Counted from the stretch's first letter, positions 1 to 9,114 are shown. The stretch: DNA of 32,000 bases from Desulfotalea psychrophila LSv54 (GCF_000025945.1 NC_006138.1:2880001-2912000); one strand, 5' to 3'. Program-made: numbers and translations. The notes: a model not told the origin generated them from the letters alone.

Positions 1-474
1 CTTCATATCAGATGCATAGCTTAAATACCGCCTGCAGCTCTCTAAAAAAGATTGGCGATTAAAAACACTGTTAAAGGCAATCCGATCACTGGCCAGGGCT
101 GTGGTAAAATTAATTGCCGTAAATTGACGATTATCCGGGGCGGCCTCCTGATTGGGATAGACAAACTGATTCTCGTGAAAATAGGTACAAAAAAGGGTGG
201 CAGGGTTCCAACCCTTAAGGCTTGAAACGAGGGCCCTTAAAACGGCAACATCGACAAAGGTTGAGCAGAGAACAGTATCAAAAAAACGTTCTTCAGGAAG
301 CAGTTCGCCAAGAGATTGGACAAACCAGGGCGCAGAGAGCTGCATACGCATCTTCCATTTACGGGCAGGCAGGGTCATAAAGAGACAATCCGCTTCAACG
401 ACGCCCTCGATTTTGTCAAGAAACTGTTTATGGGAGCCCCCATAGTATGGTTCAAGGATAAGAATTTTTTTCAT
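1..474 (-). CDS. Glycosyltransferase of the tRNA-queuosine alpha-mannosyltransferase (QTMAN/GTDC1, DUF3524) family, N-terminal part; continues past the window edge
   Basis: Reverse complement of 474..1 is open and reads MKKILILEPYYGGSHKQFLDKIEGVVEADCLFMTLPARKWKMRMQLSAPWFVQSLGELLPEERFFDTVLCSTFVDVAVLRALVSSLKGWNPATLFCTYFHENQFVYPNQEAAPDNRQFTAINFTTALASDRIAFNSVFNRQSFLESCRRYLSYASDMK. Family landmarks GGSHKQ, TLPARKWKxR, YFHENQxxYP and FNSVFNxxSF are present. Not in the supplied ORF track because it is partial. Confidence 0.88.
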   Translation of the reverse strand, partial: MKKILILEPYYGGSHKQFLDKIEGVVEADCLFMTLPARKWKMRMQLSAPWFVQSLGELLPEERFFDTVLCSTFVDVAVLRALVSSLKGWNPATLFCTYFHENQFVYPNQEAAPDNRQFTAINFTTALASDRIAFNSVFNRQSFLESCRRYLSYASDMK

Positions 475-482
475 TTTATATC

Positions 483-971
483 TCAGAGGCGGGAAGAGAA
501 CTCTCCACCGGCCTGCTTTTTAATTTTTTTATCAAGAACCTGGCTGAAAGATCTCTTCTCCACAAATTGATAGTGGCAACCCGTCGGCAATTCTCCACCA
601 CAGAGCAGGAGATCCTTATGAGGAAAGCCTCGACAGACGGCGGGACGATTAGAATAATCCCCGCAAAGACCATCCTCACTGAGATGACAACAGGTAAAGA
701 GCAGGTAGCCCTGGCCATCCCTGCCAGTCAGGATAAAACGTTCATATTCAGGATTTGAGCGAACAAGGCCAGCGAAGGTCGTAGCTGAACGAAGCCAACC
801 ATCCGGCCCCTCCAGACTTAGACTGCGACAACAGGCACCACATCGGCCACAATCTCCTGCTACAAACAACTCGGTTTCAGAAAGGCGAAGTTTACCCTGA
901 AGAAGTAGCCCCCTATAAGAAAATTTTCGCAGGCTCTGCCAAAGGGCGAGCAGTCTATCCATTTTTTTCAT
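483..971 (-). CDS. YkgJ-family cysteine-cluster protein
   Basis: Cys motifs CGRCGACC and CCHLSEDGLCGDYSNRPAVCRGFP. It ends 8 nt upstream of the next minus-strand start. Confidence 0.8.
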   Translation of the reverse strand: MKKMDRLLALWQSLRKFSYRGLLLQGKLRLSETELFVAGDCGRCGACCRSLSLEGPDGWLRSATTFAGLVRSNPEYERFILTGRDGQGYLLFTCCHLSEDGLCGDYSNRPAVCRGFPHKDLLLCGGELPTGCHYQFVEKRSFSQVLDKKIKKQAGGEFSSRL

Positions 972-1087
972 TTTTACTTGCCTTGAACTTCCCTATGGTT
1001 CATTGTAAACAGTCTAGCATGGCCAGTTCTACAGCGAGTAACTACCAAAATTCCACTAAGAGTTCATCGATTCTATAACCAACAGCT

Positions 1088-1906
1088 ATGAAAAACATAA
1101 GACACATATACTATGTATCTGAAAACACAGGCCTACTGGCAAAAGACTCGGGCAAATCCCTACTCTGCCAATTTCCAGGGGTTGAATTCCAGGAAGAACT
1201 CCTACCCTTTATCCGAACTAAGGATGATGCCCAAAGAACCATCAATGCCATCAGAGAAAAATGCGGTGAAGAAAAACCTATTATTTTTTCCACCATCTTT
1301 GATCCAGAGATAAACAAAATCCTCCAGCACGAGGATGTTATCCTCCTTAATATCTGTGAACCATTCCTCACTCAACTTGAGGGAATGCTTGGAAAAAATG
1401 CCCTCCGTGCAAGTGGTCACTCTCGCAATGTCGATCAACAGATCATGAGCAACAGAGTCGATGCCATCCACTACACCATCTCCCATGACGATGGCACCGC
1501 AATCATGGACTATGAAGAGGCTGATCTTATCATTGTCGGAGTCTCAAGGTCCGGCAAGACTCCCATTTCCGTATTCCTTGCCACTCAGATGGGAATCAAG
1601 ACAGCAAACTACCCTCTGGTTGAACAAGATCTAACCTTCTGTCAACTTCCTGAAGATATTATCAAAAACAAGCACAAGGTGGTGGGACTCTCTATATCAC
1701 CGGATGTACTTCATACCTTTCGCGAACAGAGATATAAGGGCAGCCACTATGCGCAGATGTCTACCTGTAAAAGGGAAACTCTTCAATCAAAAAGAATTTT
1801 TGAAAAATACGATCTCCCCGTTGTCTTCTCCGATGCCAGATCCATTGAAGAGACGGCAACCCAGGTTGCCCAGGAGTTAAGCAAACAATGGAACCCCATC
1901 TTTTAA
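1088..1906 (+). CDS. Bifunctional kinase/pyrophosphorylase regulating PEP synthase or pyruvate phosphate dikinase (DUF299)
   Basis: Protein with N-terminal YYVSENTG and P-loop GVSRSGKTPISVFLATQMGIKTANYPL typical of the family. Confidence 0.9.
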   Translation: MKNIRHIYYVSENTGLLAKDSGKSLLCQFPGVEFQEELLPFIRTKDDAQRTINAIREKCGEEKPIIFSTIFDPEINKILQHEDVILLNICEPFLTQLEGMLGKNALRASGHSRNVDQQIMSNRVDAIHYTISHDDGTAIMDYEEADLIIVGVSRSGKTPISVFLATQMGIKTANYPLVEQDLTFCQLPEDIIKNKHKVVGLSISPDVLHTFREQRYKGSHYAQMSTCKRETLQSKRIFEKYDLPVVFSDARSIEETATQVAQELSKQWNPIF

Positions 1907-1937
1907 ACCTCTTTAACAATTTTAACACTAAGAAATC

Positions 1938-2360
1938 ATGATAACTACAGAGAGCACCTGCCCCTGCGGCAGCGAAGAACCTTTCGGCAAATGTTGCCTG
2001 CGAATAATCAACAATCATTCTCTGGCCAAAACAGCCGAGGAGCTGATGCGCTCACGCTATACCGCCTTTGTCATCAAGGACAACGGATATATTTTAAAAA
2101 CATGGAGCAAGAAAACCCGGCCACGGAAACTACAGGAGGATATCAATCCCATCCAGTGGATTGATCTGATCATTGAAAACACCAGCAAAGGCCTCGCAGA
2201 AGATACAACGGGAGAAGTCGAATTTACGGTCCACTTCCTAGAGGGAAAGGAATTTTGCGTCCTGCATGAAAAGAGCAGATTTCGCAAAAGCAAAAACCTT
2301 TGGTACTATATTGATGGTGACTGTGAGCTAAAAAGAGAGTCCCTCTCTCTGAAAAAGTAA
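1938..2360 (+). CDS. YchJ-family protein with N-terminal SEC-C type Cys motif
   Basis: CPCGSEEPFGKCC...LMRSRYTAFVIKDNGYILKTW, characteristic of the YchJ/UPF0225 family. Confidence 0.85.
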   Translation: MITTESTCPCGSEEPFGKCCLRIINNHSLAKTAEELMRSRYTAFVIKDNGYILKTWSKKTRPRKLQEDINPIQWIDLIIENTSKGLAEDTTGEVEFTVHFLEGKEFCVLHEKSRFRKSKNLWYYIDGDCELKRESLSLKK

Positions 2361-2367
2361 CGAGAGC

Positions 2368-2400
2368 AGGGGGATTGCACTCTCTGAGACAATCCCCCCT
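2368..2400. terminator. Bidirectional terminator-like hairpin between convergent genes
   Basis: AGGGGGATTG / CAATCCCCC arms around a 12-nt loop, between a + stop at 2360 and a - stop at 2406. No long T tract. Confidence 0.5.
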
Positions 2401-2405
2401 TATCC

Positions 2406-4739
2406 CTAATTCTCTAAATGAAGAGCCGCAAACACTCGTTCTGGGGTGATCGGCAACTCAACAAATCTAATGCCGGTTGCATCAGCCACGGCATTGGCGA
2501 TTGCCGATGCCGGACAAACCAGACTACACTCTCCGGCCCCCTTGGCGCCGAAGGGGCCAGTAGGATCACTTGCCTCCACAATAATGGCATCAATGGGGGG
2601 AATATCTTCTGCTGTGGGTAGCATATAATTATGCATACTGCTGTTAACCTGGCCGCCACGATTGTTGTAGCGAATCTCTTCAGTGAGGGCGTAACCGATA
2701 CCTTGAACAGCCCCTCCCTCAATCTGTCCCTCTACAATCATCGGATTAATGGCAGTCCCTACATCATGGGCGGCGGCAAGCTTAATCACCTCAACCTGTC
2801 CTGTCTCTTTGTCCACCTCGACCTCGGCAAAACATGCATGCCAAGGGGCGGCATTTGCCGGTACATTTCTTGCCACACCGATAAACTGCTTATTACGGAC
2901 ATGGGCATGATAAACCAACTCTTCAAGGGTAACGGAATTTCCCTTGCCCCCCGCTATATCATCCAGCGAACAGTGCTCTGAGGCAACCGTAGCATCCACT
3001 AACTCTACCCTGTCATCCTTTATCTGCAGATCTTCCGGGGTAACACTAAAAAGGGGGGCCGCGTATTCCAGCATCTGTTTCTTTGCATCCGTAGCAGCTA
3101 TCTGAATAGCCAATCCGGCGGCATAACAGGTACGACTGGCGTGACTGCCAATGTCAAAAGGCGTGCTCTGGGTATCACCATAGGTCAGTGAAATTTTATC
3201 TACATCCATACTCAGGGTTTCAGCAGCAATTTGTACCAATGAGGTACATACCCCTGTTCCCAATTCAGGAACACCAGAGGCAACATTGGCTGTGCCGTCG
3301 GACTGGATTGTCACATAGGCATTGTCGTAGTCAACACAAAAGGGCCAAGCGTTACTTACATGGGTACCAACGGCCATTCCCAAACCACGCACCTTTTTGC
3401 TGCCCGGGCTGTTCAGGCTACCGCGACGTTTCCAACCGATACTCTCCGCTCCCTGTCGCATACACTCTGCAAGTTCGCTGCTCAGACAAGGGAAGGGTAG
3501 ACACCACTTATCTCCAACCTGCGTGATATTTTTCATCCGCAATTCATAGGCGTCCATACCAAGTTCAATGGCCATCAAATCCACAACCTGCTCAAGGGCC
3601 AGATTTCCCTGTGGATTACCAAAGCCACGCATGGCTCCGCCAATAGTCTGATTGGTATAAACACTGTGCCCGTAGTAGCGTTGGTGCGGTATGCGGTAAA
3701 TGGCCAGGGTCATTGCCCCACAAACACCGGGAAGCTCTGCCCCAAAGCTACAGTAAGCGCCCGTACCAAAAAGAGCCTTCACATCCAGAGCCCGGAACGT
3801 TCCATCCCTGTCAGCACCAAGCTTAACGGTGACCACGGCAGGATGACGTGTATCGGAAGCGATAAAATCTTCCTTACGACTATAGACAAGCTTTACAGGT
3901 TTTTTGGCAAGCATTGCCAGAGCCATGGCAATGGGTTCAGCCAGACCACTCAAGCCAATACGCACCCCAAAACCGCCACCGACATAGGGAGGTGCCAAAA
4001 CACGTATTTTGCTCGCCGGCATAGCAAAAATCTTACCGAGGATTGCCTTAGTCGGATGGGGAGTCTGAGTGGTAGACCAGACAGTGACCTCACCGTTACC
4101 ATCAACCTGAGCCACGGCGCTCTGGGTCTCCATCTGTACCTGCTTGACAATGGGAAGCTTAAAGGATTTCTCAATAATTACCTCAGATTCCGCCAAGCCC
4201 TTCTCAATATCACCATAGGGAATCCTGATGATTTCACCGGGAATGTTCTTGCCCTCGGGCGTACATCCCTTGTCACCATGCAATTCCGGAGCATCCGGGC
4301 CCATGGCCTCCTCAAGATCAAGAACCGCAGGCAAAATCTCATATTCCACCCGAATAAGCTTTATCGCCTGCTCGGCAATGGCCTCGGTGGTGGCGGCAAC
4401 AGCAGCAACCTCGTCGCCCACATAACGGACAATATCATCAAAGAGGTACTGATCCAGAACTCTTTCAAGATGAGGAGCGGTAAGAAACATTGGCGCGGCC
4501 GCATTAAACAGATTTTTAGGTCCATTTTCATGGGTCATTATGGCCCGGACACCGATCATCTTTTCTGCTGCTGAAACATCAATACTGACAATTTTAGCGT
4601 GAGGATGGGGACTGCGTAACACCTTTGCGTGCAACATACCCGGCAAGGACATATCACTGGTAAAAAGCCCCCTGCCCGTGGTCTTATCCACCCCATCACG
4701 TCTCTTGATATTTTGGCCAACAACCTTAAATTTACTCAT
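2406..4739 (-). CDS. Molybdenum-binding subunit of a xanthine dehydrogenase/aldehyde oxidase-family hydroxylase
   Basis: 777 aa; QTIGGAMRGFGNPQGNLALEQ, GTGVCTSLVQIAAETL and FGAKGAGECSLVCPASAIANA motifs. Substrate not determinable. Confidence 0.9.
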   Translation of the reverse strand: MSKFKVVGQNIKRRDGVDKTTGRGLFTSDMSLPGMLHAKVLRSPHPHAKIVSIDVSAAEKMIGVRAIMTHENGPKNLFNAAAPMFLTAPHLERVLDQYLFDDIVRYVGDEVAAVAATTEAIAEQAIKLIRVEYEILPAVLDLEEAMGPDAPELHGDKGCTPEGKNIPGEIIRIPYGDIEKGLAESEVIIEKSFKLPIVKQVQMETQSAVAQVDGNGEVTVWSTTQTPHPTKAILGKIFAMPASKIRVLAPPYVGGGFGVRIGLSGLAEPIAMALAMLAKKPVKLVYSRKEDFIASDTRHPAVVTVKLGADRDGTFRALDVKALFGTGAYCSFGAELPGVCGAMTLAIYRIPHQRYYGHSVYTNQTIGGAMRGFGNPQGNLALEQVVDLMAIELGMDAYELRMKNITQVGDKWCLPFPCLSSELAECMRQGAESIGWKRRGSLNSPGSKKVRGLGMAVGTHVSNAWPFCVDYDNAYVTIQSDGTANVASGVPELGTGVCTSLVQIAAETLSMDVDKISLTYGDTQSTPFDIGSHASRTCYAAGLAIQIAATDAKKQMLEYAAPLFSVTPEDLQIKDDRVELVDATVASEHCSLDDIAGGKGNSVTLEELVYHAHVRNKQFIGVARNVPANAAPWHACFAEVEVDKETGQVEVIKLAAAHDVGTAINPMIVEGQIEGGAVQGIGYALTEEIRYNNRGGQVNSSMHNYMLPTAEDIPPIDAIIVEASDPTGPFGAKGAGECSLVCPASAIANAVADATGIRFVELPITPERVFAALHLEN

Positions 4740-5238
4740 ATTTCTCTCCCTTTACCGCCGAGGCTCTTAACTTACGAGCGGCATCTTCAATAGCATCTTC
4801 AATTTTCACATATCCGGTACAACGACAGACATTCCCGGAAACTGCTTCTCGAATCTGATCCTTCGAAGGAGATTTATTTTTATCAAGCAGGGCCTTACTC
4901 GACATAATCATACCCGGAGTACAAAAACCGCACTGCACAGCACCCTTCTCAATAAAGCTGGTTTGCAGAGGATGAAGCCCTTTACTGCTCTCTACCCCCT
5001 CAATGGTCTCAACCTTGGTACCGATAACACGCATGGCTGGCAGAAGACAGGAGTTCACAGCCTTACCGTTAACAAGCACGGTACAGGAACCGCAGCCGCC
5101 CTCTCCACAGCCCTTTTTGGTACCAGTTAAATGCAGCTTATCCCGCAAAACGTCGACAAAGAGTTCAAATGGATCCACATAGACTTCTACCGGCTCACCG
5201 TTCAAGGTGAAGGTGATTAGTTGTTTACTCATATTCAT
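4732..5238 (-). CDS. 2Fe-2S subunit of the same hydroxylase
   Basis: KGCGEGGCGSCTVLVNGKAVNSC plus CGFCTPGMIM...NVCRCTGY, the two 2Fe-2S motifs of small XDH subunits. Confidence 0.95.
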   Translation of the reverse strand: MNMSKQLITFTLNGEPVEVYVDPFELFVDVLRDKLHLTGTKKGCGEGGCGSCTVLVNGKAVNSCLLPAMRVIGTKVETIEGVESSKGLHPLQTSFIEKGAVQCGFCTPGMIMSSKALLDKNKSPSKDQIREAVSGNVCRCTGYVKIEDAIEDAARKLRASAVKGEKYE

Positions 5239-5246
5239 ATCCCCTT

Positions 5247-6116
5247 TTATGCCTGTCCGGCATCAGCTACTGCTGCTTGTAAAACGCGTTCTACGATGGC
5301 AGGTAAAACCCCCATTCGATATTCCTTTGACCCTCTGACCGCACTGCTTCTAAACGTTGCCTGATTTCTGGCAAGCAGGCCAGCCTCTTTAATATTGGCA
5401 TCGGTAATCTCTGCCCCCTGCAAAAAAAGTTCAGCATCAATGGCATGTTGTGGACCTGCACCCACTGGAGCAAACAAAACCCTGGCCCATGCAAAACAAC
5501 CGTCTTTAACGCTGACCTTGGCCGAGACGTTGAGCATGGGGAGAGAGAGAGCCTTACGCTGTTCCATACGAACATAGGCACAGCCATCTCCCTTCTCCTT
5601 GAGGGGAAATTTTAGATGGGTGACAAGGTGATTGCAACTGTCAATACCAGAGAGACAAATGCCGGCATACATCTCTGCAAGAGGCAGAACACGCAAACCT
5701 TTCTGATCAACAACCTCCACCGAGGTATCAAGACATGCCAAAGCAACGGCTGCATCAGCTGCAGGATTCGCTGTCACAACATTACCTACTACTGTCGCCA
5801 CATTACGAATCTGCAAGGAACCAACCTTACGGCAGGCCTGAACAAGGGCCGGGGCATGCTGATGAACAAGTTTTGAATTAACCACCTGACTCAGGGTAAC
5901 ATTGGCTCCAATACGAATATAACCATCTGCCTCGGCGATATCAGAAAGTTCCCCAATATTACTTAAATCTAGCAGAACATCAGCTGCAAATTTGCCATCT
6001 TTCATATCAAGGACCAGATCGGTCCCCCCTGCAATAATTCTGGCCTTACCATCCTTGCTGGCTAAAAGGGCAACAGCTTCTGACACTGTTGCGGGGAAAA
6101 GATACTCCTGCACCAT
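5247..6116 (-). CDS. FAD-binding subunit of the same hydroxylase
   Basis: ARIIAGGTDLVLDMK, IRNVATVVGNVVTANPAADAAVALACLDT; first gene of the minus-strand trio. Confidence 0.92.
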   Translation of the reverse strand: MVQEYLFPATVSEAVALLASKDGKARIIAGGTDLVLDMKDGKFAADVLLDLSNIGELSDIAEADGYIRIGANVTLSQVVNSKLVHQHAPALVQACRKVGSLQIRNVATVVGNVVTANPAADAAVALACLDTSVEVVDQKGLRVLPLAEMYAGICLSGIDSCNHLVTHLKFPLKEKGDGCAYVRMEQRKALSLPMLNVSAKVSVKDGCFAWARVLFAPVGAGPQHAIDAELFLQGAEITDANIKEAGLLARNQATFRSSAVRGSKEYRMGVLPAIVERVLQAAVADAGQA

Positions 6117-6660
6117 AATTCACCTCCATTTTGTTATAAAAATAAATAATTGCCACCTGAAGTCATTCTAATAATTCATATTTTTCATATTAAAAAAAAC
6201 TCATGTTAGGGTTTATCTTTAAAATATGCAAGAGAACATTTCTGGCAAGGAGGTCGCTCCGAGAGTTCAGGGCAGATTAAAAAATGAAAAACTACGGGCA
6301 AGGACCGAATAAACATTTATGCTGAGGAGAGGGGCGCTGGTAACACCATCACTAACAAATCCCTTAATCTAAGAAGAACATGCTCCCTGCTAAACTGCCT
6401 CCTGAGGCCAATTTTTTTTAGCTACTTAAGGCAAAAATCTCAGGTACTTTAACAAGGACAGATGCAAAATAAAAAAGGAAAATTTAAAACAAAGTCGTTA
6501 ATATAAATATATTCCTGCCATTTCATGATTGTCATTAGTTGTTATCTGTGGTATTTCATTTCGATTTTGATATACTGACTATGGGATGGAAAAGCTGTCC
6601 TTTTAAAATAGTAACCTCTATAAATCGTACTAACATACCTCAACCCCAGCATATACGCAT

Positions 6661-7731
6661 ATGAGTACAACATCTGAAGCAGTTCAATCGAAATACTCCG
6701 AAGCCGGAGTTGACATCGACAAGGGCAACGCCTTCGTCGAGGGTATTAAAGACATTGTTGCCTCTACCCACAAGAATGGCGTCATCGACAATATTGGTGG
6801 ATTTTCTGCCCACATTGCCATCGATGTCACCAAATACCCAAAACCCGTTATCGTTAACTCCACCGATGGTGTGGGTACCAAACTTGCGATAGCCCATATG
6901 TGCAATAAACACGATACCATCGGTATTGATCTTGTTGCAATGTGTGTCAATGATCTCATTGTAGGCGGAGCGACCCCGCTCAGTTTTCTTGATTACTTTG
7001 CCGTTGGTAAACTTGATATTGAAGTGGCAACTGAGGTTGTTAAGGGTATCGCCGAGGGTTGTAAGCAGGCTGGCTGCTCTCTTGTTGGTGGTGAAACCGC
7101 TGAAATGCCAGGCCTTTACCAGGGCAGTGATTATGATCTGGCTGGTTTTGTTACCGGTATTGTTGACCGAGATTCCATCATTGATGGTTCAGACGTTCGC
7201 AGTGGTAATAAAATTATTGGTCTTGCCTCCAGTGGCGTTCACTCCAACGGTTATAGCCTTGTCCGCAAGATCTGTTTTGATGACAACGACTACTCCGTAG
7301 AAGATCACATCGAAGAACTTGGTTCTACCCTCGGAGAAGAGTTGCTGAAACCAACTCGAATCTATGTGCAACAGGTTCTCAACGTTATCAAGAACTACCC
7401 TATTCACGGTATGGTCCATAATACCGGCGGTGGTTTTATTGACAACATCCCTCGCATCCTCCCTAAGGGCTACAAGGCAACCCTACAGGCAGGAAGTTGG
7501 GACGTACCTGCCATCTTCACTTTTCTTGAAGAGAAGGGTAAGGTTCCCCGTGAAGAGATGTACCGCACCTTCAACATGGGTGTAGGACTACTTGTTATTG
7601 TTGCCGAAGACAAGGCGGAGGATATCCTCCACCACTTCGAAGCCCTTGGTGAGAAAGCATCTATCATTGGCGAAATACAGAAGCAGACCGATGAAAATGA
7701 CGAGCGCGTCACCATCCTGCCAGAGGGATAA
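6661..7731 (+). CDS. purM: Phosphoribosylformylglycinamidine cyclo-ligase
   Basis: SKYSEAGVDIDKGN, VNSTDGVGTKLAIA, HNTGGGFIDNIPRILP motifs, full length. Confidence 0.96.
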   Translation: MSTTSEAVQSKYSEAGVDIDKGNAFVEGIKDIVASTHKNGVIDNIGGFSAHIAIDVTKYPKPVIVNSTDGVGTKLAIAHMCNKHDTIGIDLVAMCVNDLIVGGATPLSFLDYFAVGKLDIEVATEVVKGIAEGCKQAGCSLVGGETAEMPGLYQGSDYDLAGFVTGIVDRDSIIDGSDVRSGNKIIGLASSGVHSNGYSLVRKICFDDNDYSVEDHIEELGSTLGEELLKPTRIYVQQVLNVIKNYPIHGMVHNTGGGFIDNIPRILPKGYKATLQAGSWDVPAIFTFLEEKGKVPREEMYRTFNMGVGLLVIVAEDKAEDILHHFEALGEKASIIGEIQKQTDENDERVTILPEG

Positions 7732-7756
7732 GTAACTCCCCCACAGGAAGAAGTAT

Positions 7757-7794
7757 AAAAGGCCCATGGAACATCTGTTCCATGGGCCTTTTTT
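7757..7794 (+). terminator. Rho-independent terminator downstream of purM
   Basis: AAAAGGCCCATGGAAC ATCT GTTCCATGGGCCTTTTTT. Confidence 0.93.
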
Positions 7795-7975
7795 ATATCC
7801 AGGAGGTTCTACGCCGGTGCCACAGGCATGGAGGCGTTATATCCAGGAGGGTTCTACGCCGGTGCCACAGGCATGAAGACGTTAGCTGGGATAAGATGGT
7901 ATGTACTGATGCCACAGGCATAGAAGTACTTATATTCTGGAGGTTCTACGCCGGTGGCAAGGGTATAGATACACT
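7793..7975. repeat. Degenerate ~45-nt tandem repeat, about four copies
   Basis: Copy 1 TTATATCCAGGAGG-TTCTACGCCGGTGCCACAGGCATGGAGGCG (7793-7836); copy 2 TTATATCCAGGAGGGTTCTACGCCGGTGCCACAGGCATGAAGACG (7837-7881); diverged copy 3 containing TGCCACAGGCATAGAAG (7882-7929); copy 4 TTATATTCTGGAGGTTCTACGCCGGTGGCAAGGGTATAGATACAC (7930-7975). Confidence 0.85.
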
Positions 7976-8162
7976 TGCCAGATATTCTGCGTCTAGGCAA
8001 GGCTAGCAACACGGGCAAGGTTCAGCTAAGCAGGAGAAGTAAGAGAAACTTTTTCTAAAGAGATTGACTCACGCCAGCAAAAAGGGGGCCAACGGCATCT
8101 CGCAGCAGGAAGAACATGAGTAAACGGCGAGCAGAGACCAGGAATCTCGCCTTACAAAAGAC

Positions 8163-8200
8163 AAAAAAAGGGTATCAAGACGATGTCTTGATACCCTTTT
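8163..8200 (-). terminator. Rho-independent terminator of the tRNA array
   Basis: Minus strand AAAAGGGTATCAAGACATCGTCTTGATACCCTTTTTTT, immediately after the last tRNA-Asp. Confidence 0.92.
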
Positions 8201-8206
8201 CATAAA

Positions 8207-8283
8207 TGGCGGAGCGGACGGGGTTCGAACCCGCGACCTCCGGCGTGACAGGCCGGCATTCTAACCAACTGAACTACCACTCC
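8207..8283 (-). tRNA. tRNA-Asp(GTC), copy 1, CCA encoded
   Basis: 77 nt, GGAGTGG/CCGCTCC acceptor, CCGGC-CTGTCAC-GCCGG anticodon arm, discriminator G plus CCA. Confidence 0.97.
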
Positions 8284-8338
8284 AACTACCTTTACTGCTT
8301 ATTTCCCAGCCACCAATGATCGCATAGAAAATATCAAA

Positions 8339-8414
8339 TGGTGGGCGACACAGGGCTTGAACCTGTGACCCTCGGCTTGTAAGGCCGATGCTCTCCCAGC
8401 TGAGCTAGTCGCCC
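8339..8414 (-). tRNA. tRNA-Val(TAC), copy 1, CCA encoded
   Basis: 76 nt, GGGCGAC/GTCGCCC acceptor, TCGGC-CTTACAA-GCCGA anticodon arm. Confidence 0.97.
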
Positions 8415-8434
8415 GAAACTACTAAAAAAAAGAA

Positions 8435-8511
8435 TGGCGGAGCGGACGGGGTTCGAACCCGCGACCTCCGGCGTGACAGGCCGGCATTCTAACCAGCTGA
8501 ACTACCACTCC
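8435..8511 (-). tRNA. tRNA-Asp(GTC), copy 2 (C instead of T at tRNA position 16)
   Basis: Same as copy 1 except +strand A to G at 8496. Confidence 0.97.
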
Positions 8512-8566
8512 AACTACCTTTACTGCTTATTTCCCAGCCACCAATGATCGCATAGAAAATATCAAA

Positions 8567-8642
8567 TGGTGGGCGACACAGGGCTTGAACCTGTGACCCT
8601 CGGCTTGTAAGGCCGATGCTCTCCCAGCTGAGCTAGTCGCCC
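8567..8642 (-). tRNA. tRNA-Val(TAC), copy 2
   Basis: Identical to Val copy 1. Confidence 0.97.
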
Positions 8643-8661
8643 GAAACTACTAAAAAAAAAA

Positions 8662-8738
8662 TGGCGGAGCGGACGGGGTTCGAACCCGCGACCTCCGGCG
8701 TGACAGGCCGGCATTCTAACCAACTGAACTACCACTCC
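8662..8738 (-). tRNA. tRNA-Asp(GTC), copy 3
   Basis: Identical to Asp copy 1. Confidence 0.97.
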
Positions 8739-8793
8739 AACTACCTTTACTGCTTATTTCCCAGCCACCAATGATCGCATAGAAAATATCAAA

Positions 8794-8869
8794 TGGTGGG
8801 CGACACAGGGCTTGAACCTGTGACCCTCGGCTTGTAAGGCCGATGCTCTCCCAGCTGAGCTAGTCGCCC
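8794..8869 (-). tRNA. tRNA-Val(TAC), copy 3
   Basis: Identical to Val copy 1. Confidence 0.97.
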
Positions 8870-8887
8870 GAAACTACTAAAAAAGAA

Positions 8888-8964
8888 TGGCGGAGCGGAC
8901 GGGGTTCGAACCCGCGACCTCCGGCGTGACAGGCCGGCATTCTAACCAACTGAACTACCACTCC
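8888..8964 (-). tRNA. tRNA-Asp(GTC), copy 4
   Basis: Identical to Asp copy 1. Confidence 0.97.
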
Positions 8965-9019
8965 AACTACCTTTACTGCTTATTTCCCAGCCACCAATGA
9001 TCGCATAGAAAATATCAAA

Positions 9020-9095
9020 TGGTGGGCGACACAGGGCTTGAACCTGTGACCCTCGGCTTGTAAGGCCGATGCTCTCCCAGCTGAGCTAGTCGCCC
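9020..9095 (-). tRNA. tRNA-Val(TAC), copy 4
   Basis: Identical to Val copy 1. Confidence 0.97.
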
Positions 9096-9114
9096 GAAAC
9101 TACTAAAAAAAGAA

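Noticed and set aside
3666-4574. 302-aa plus-strand ORF opposite the Mo-hydroxylase large subunit
   Set aside because: Antisense shadow; the minus-strand protein carries all conserved motifs.
7782-8006. 74-aa ORF with repeated VLRRCHRH
   Set aside because: The repetition reflects the DNA tandem repeat. Later copies are read in another frame, so there is no coding constraint.
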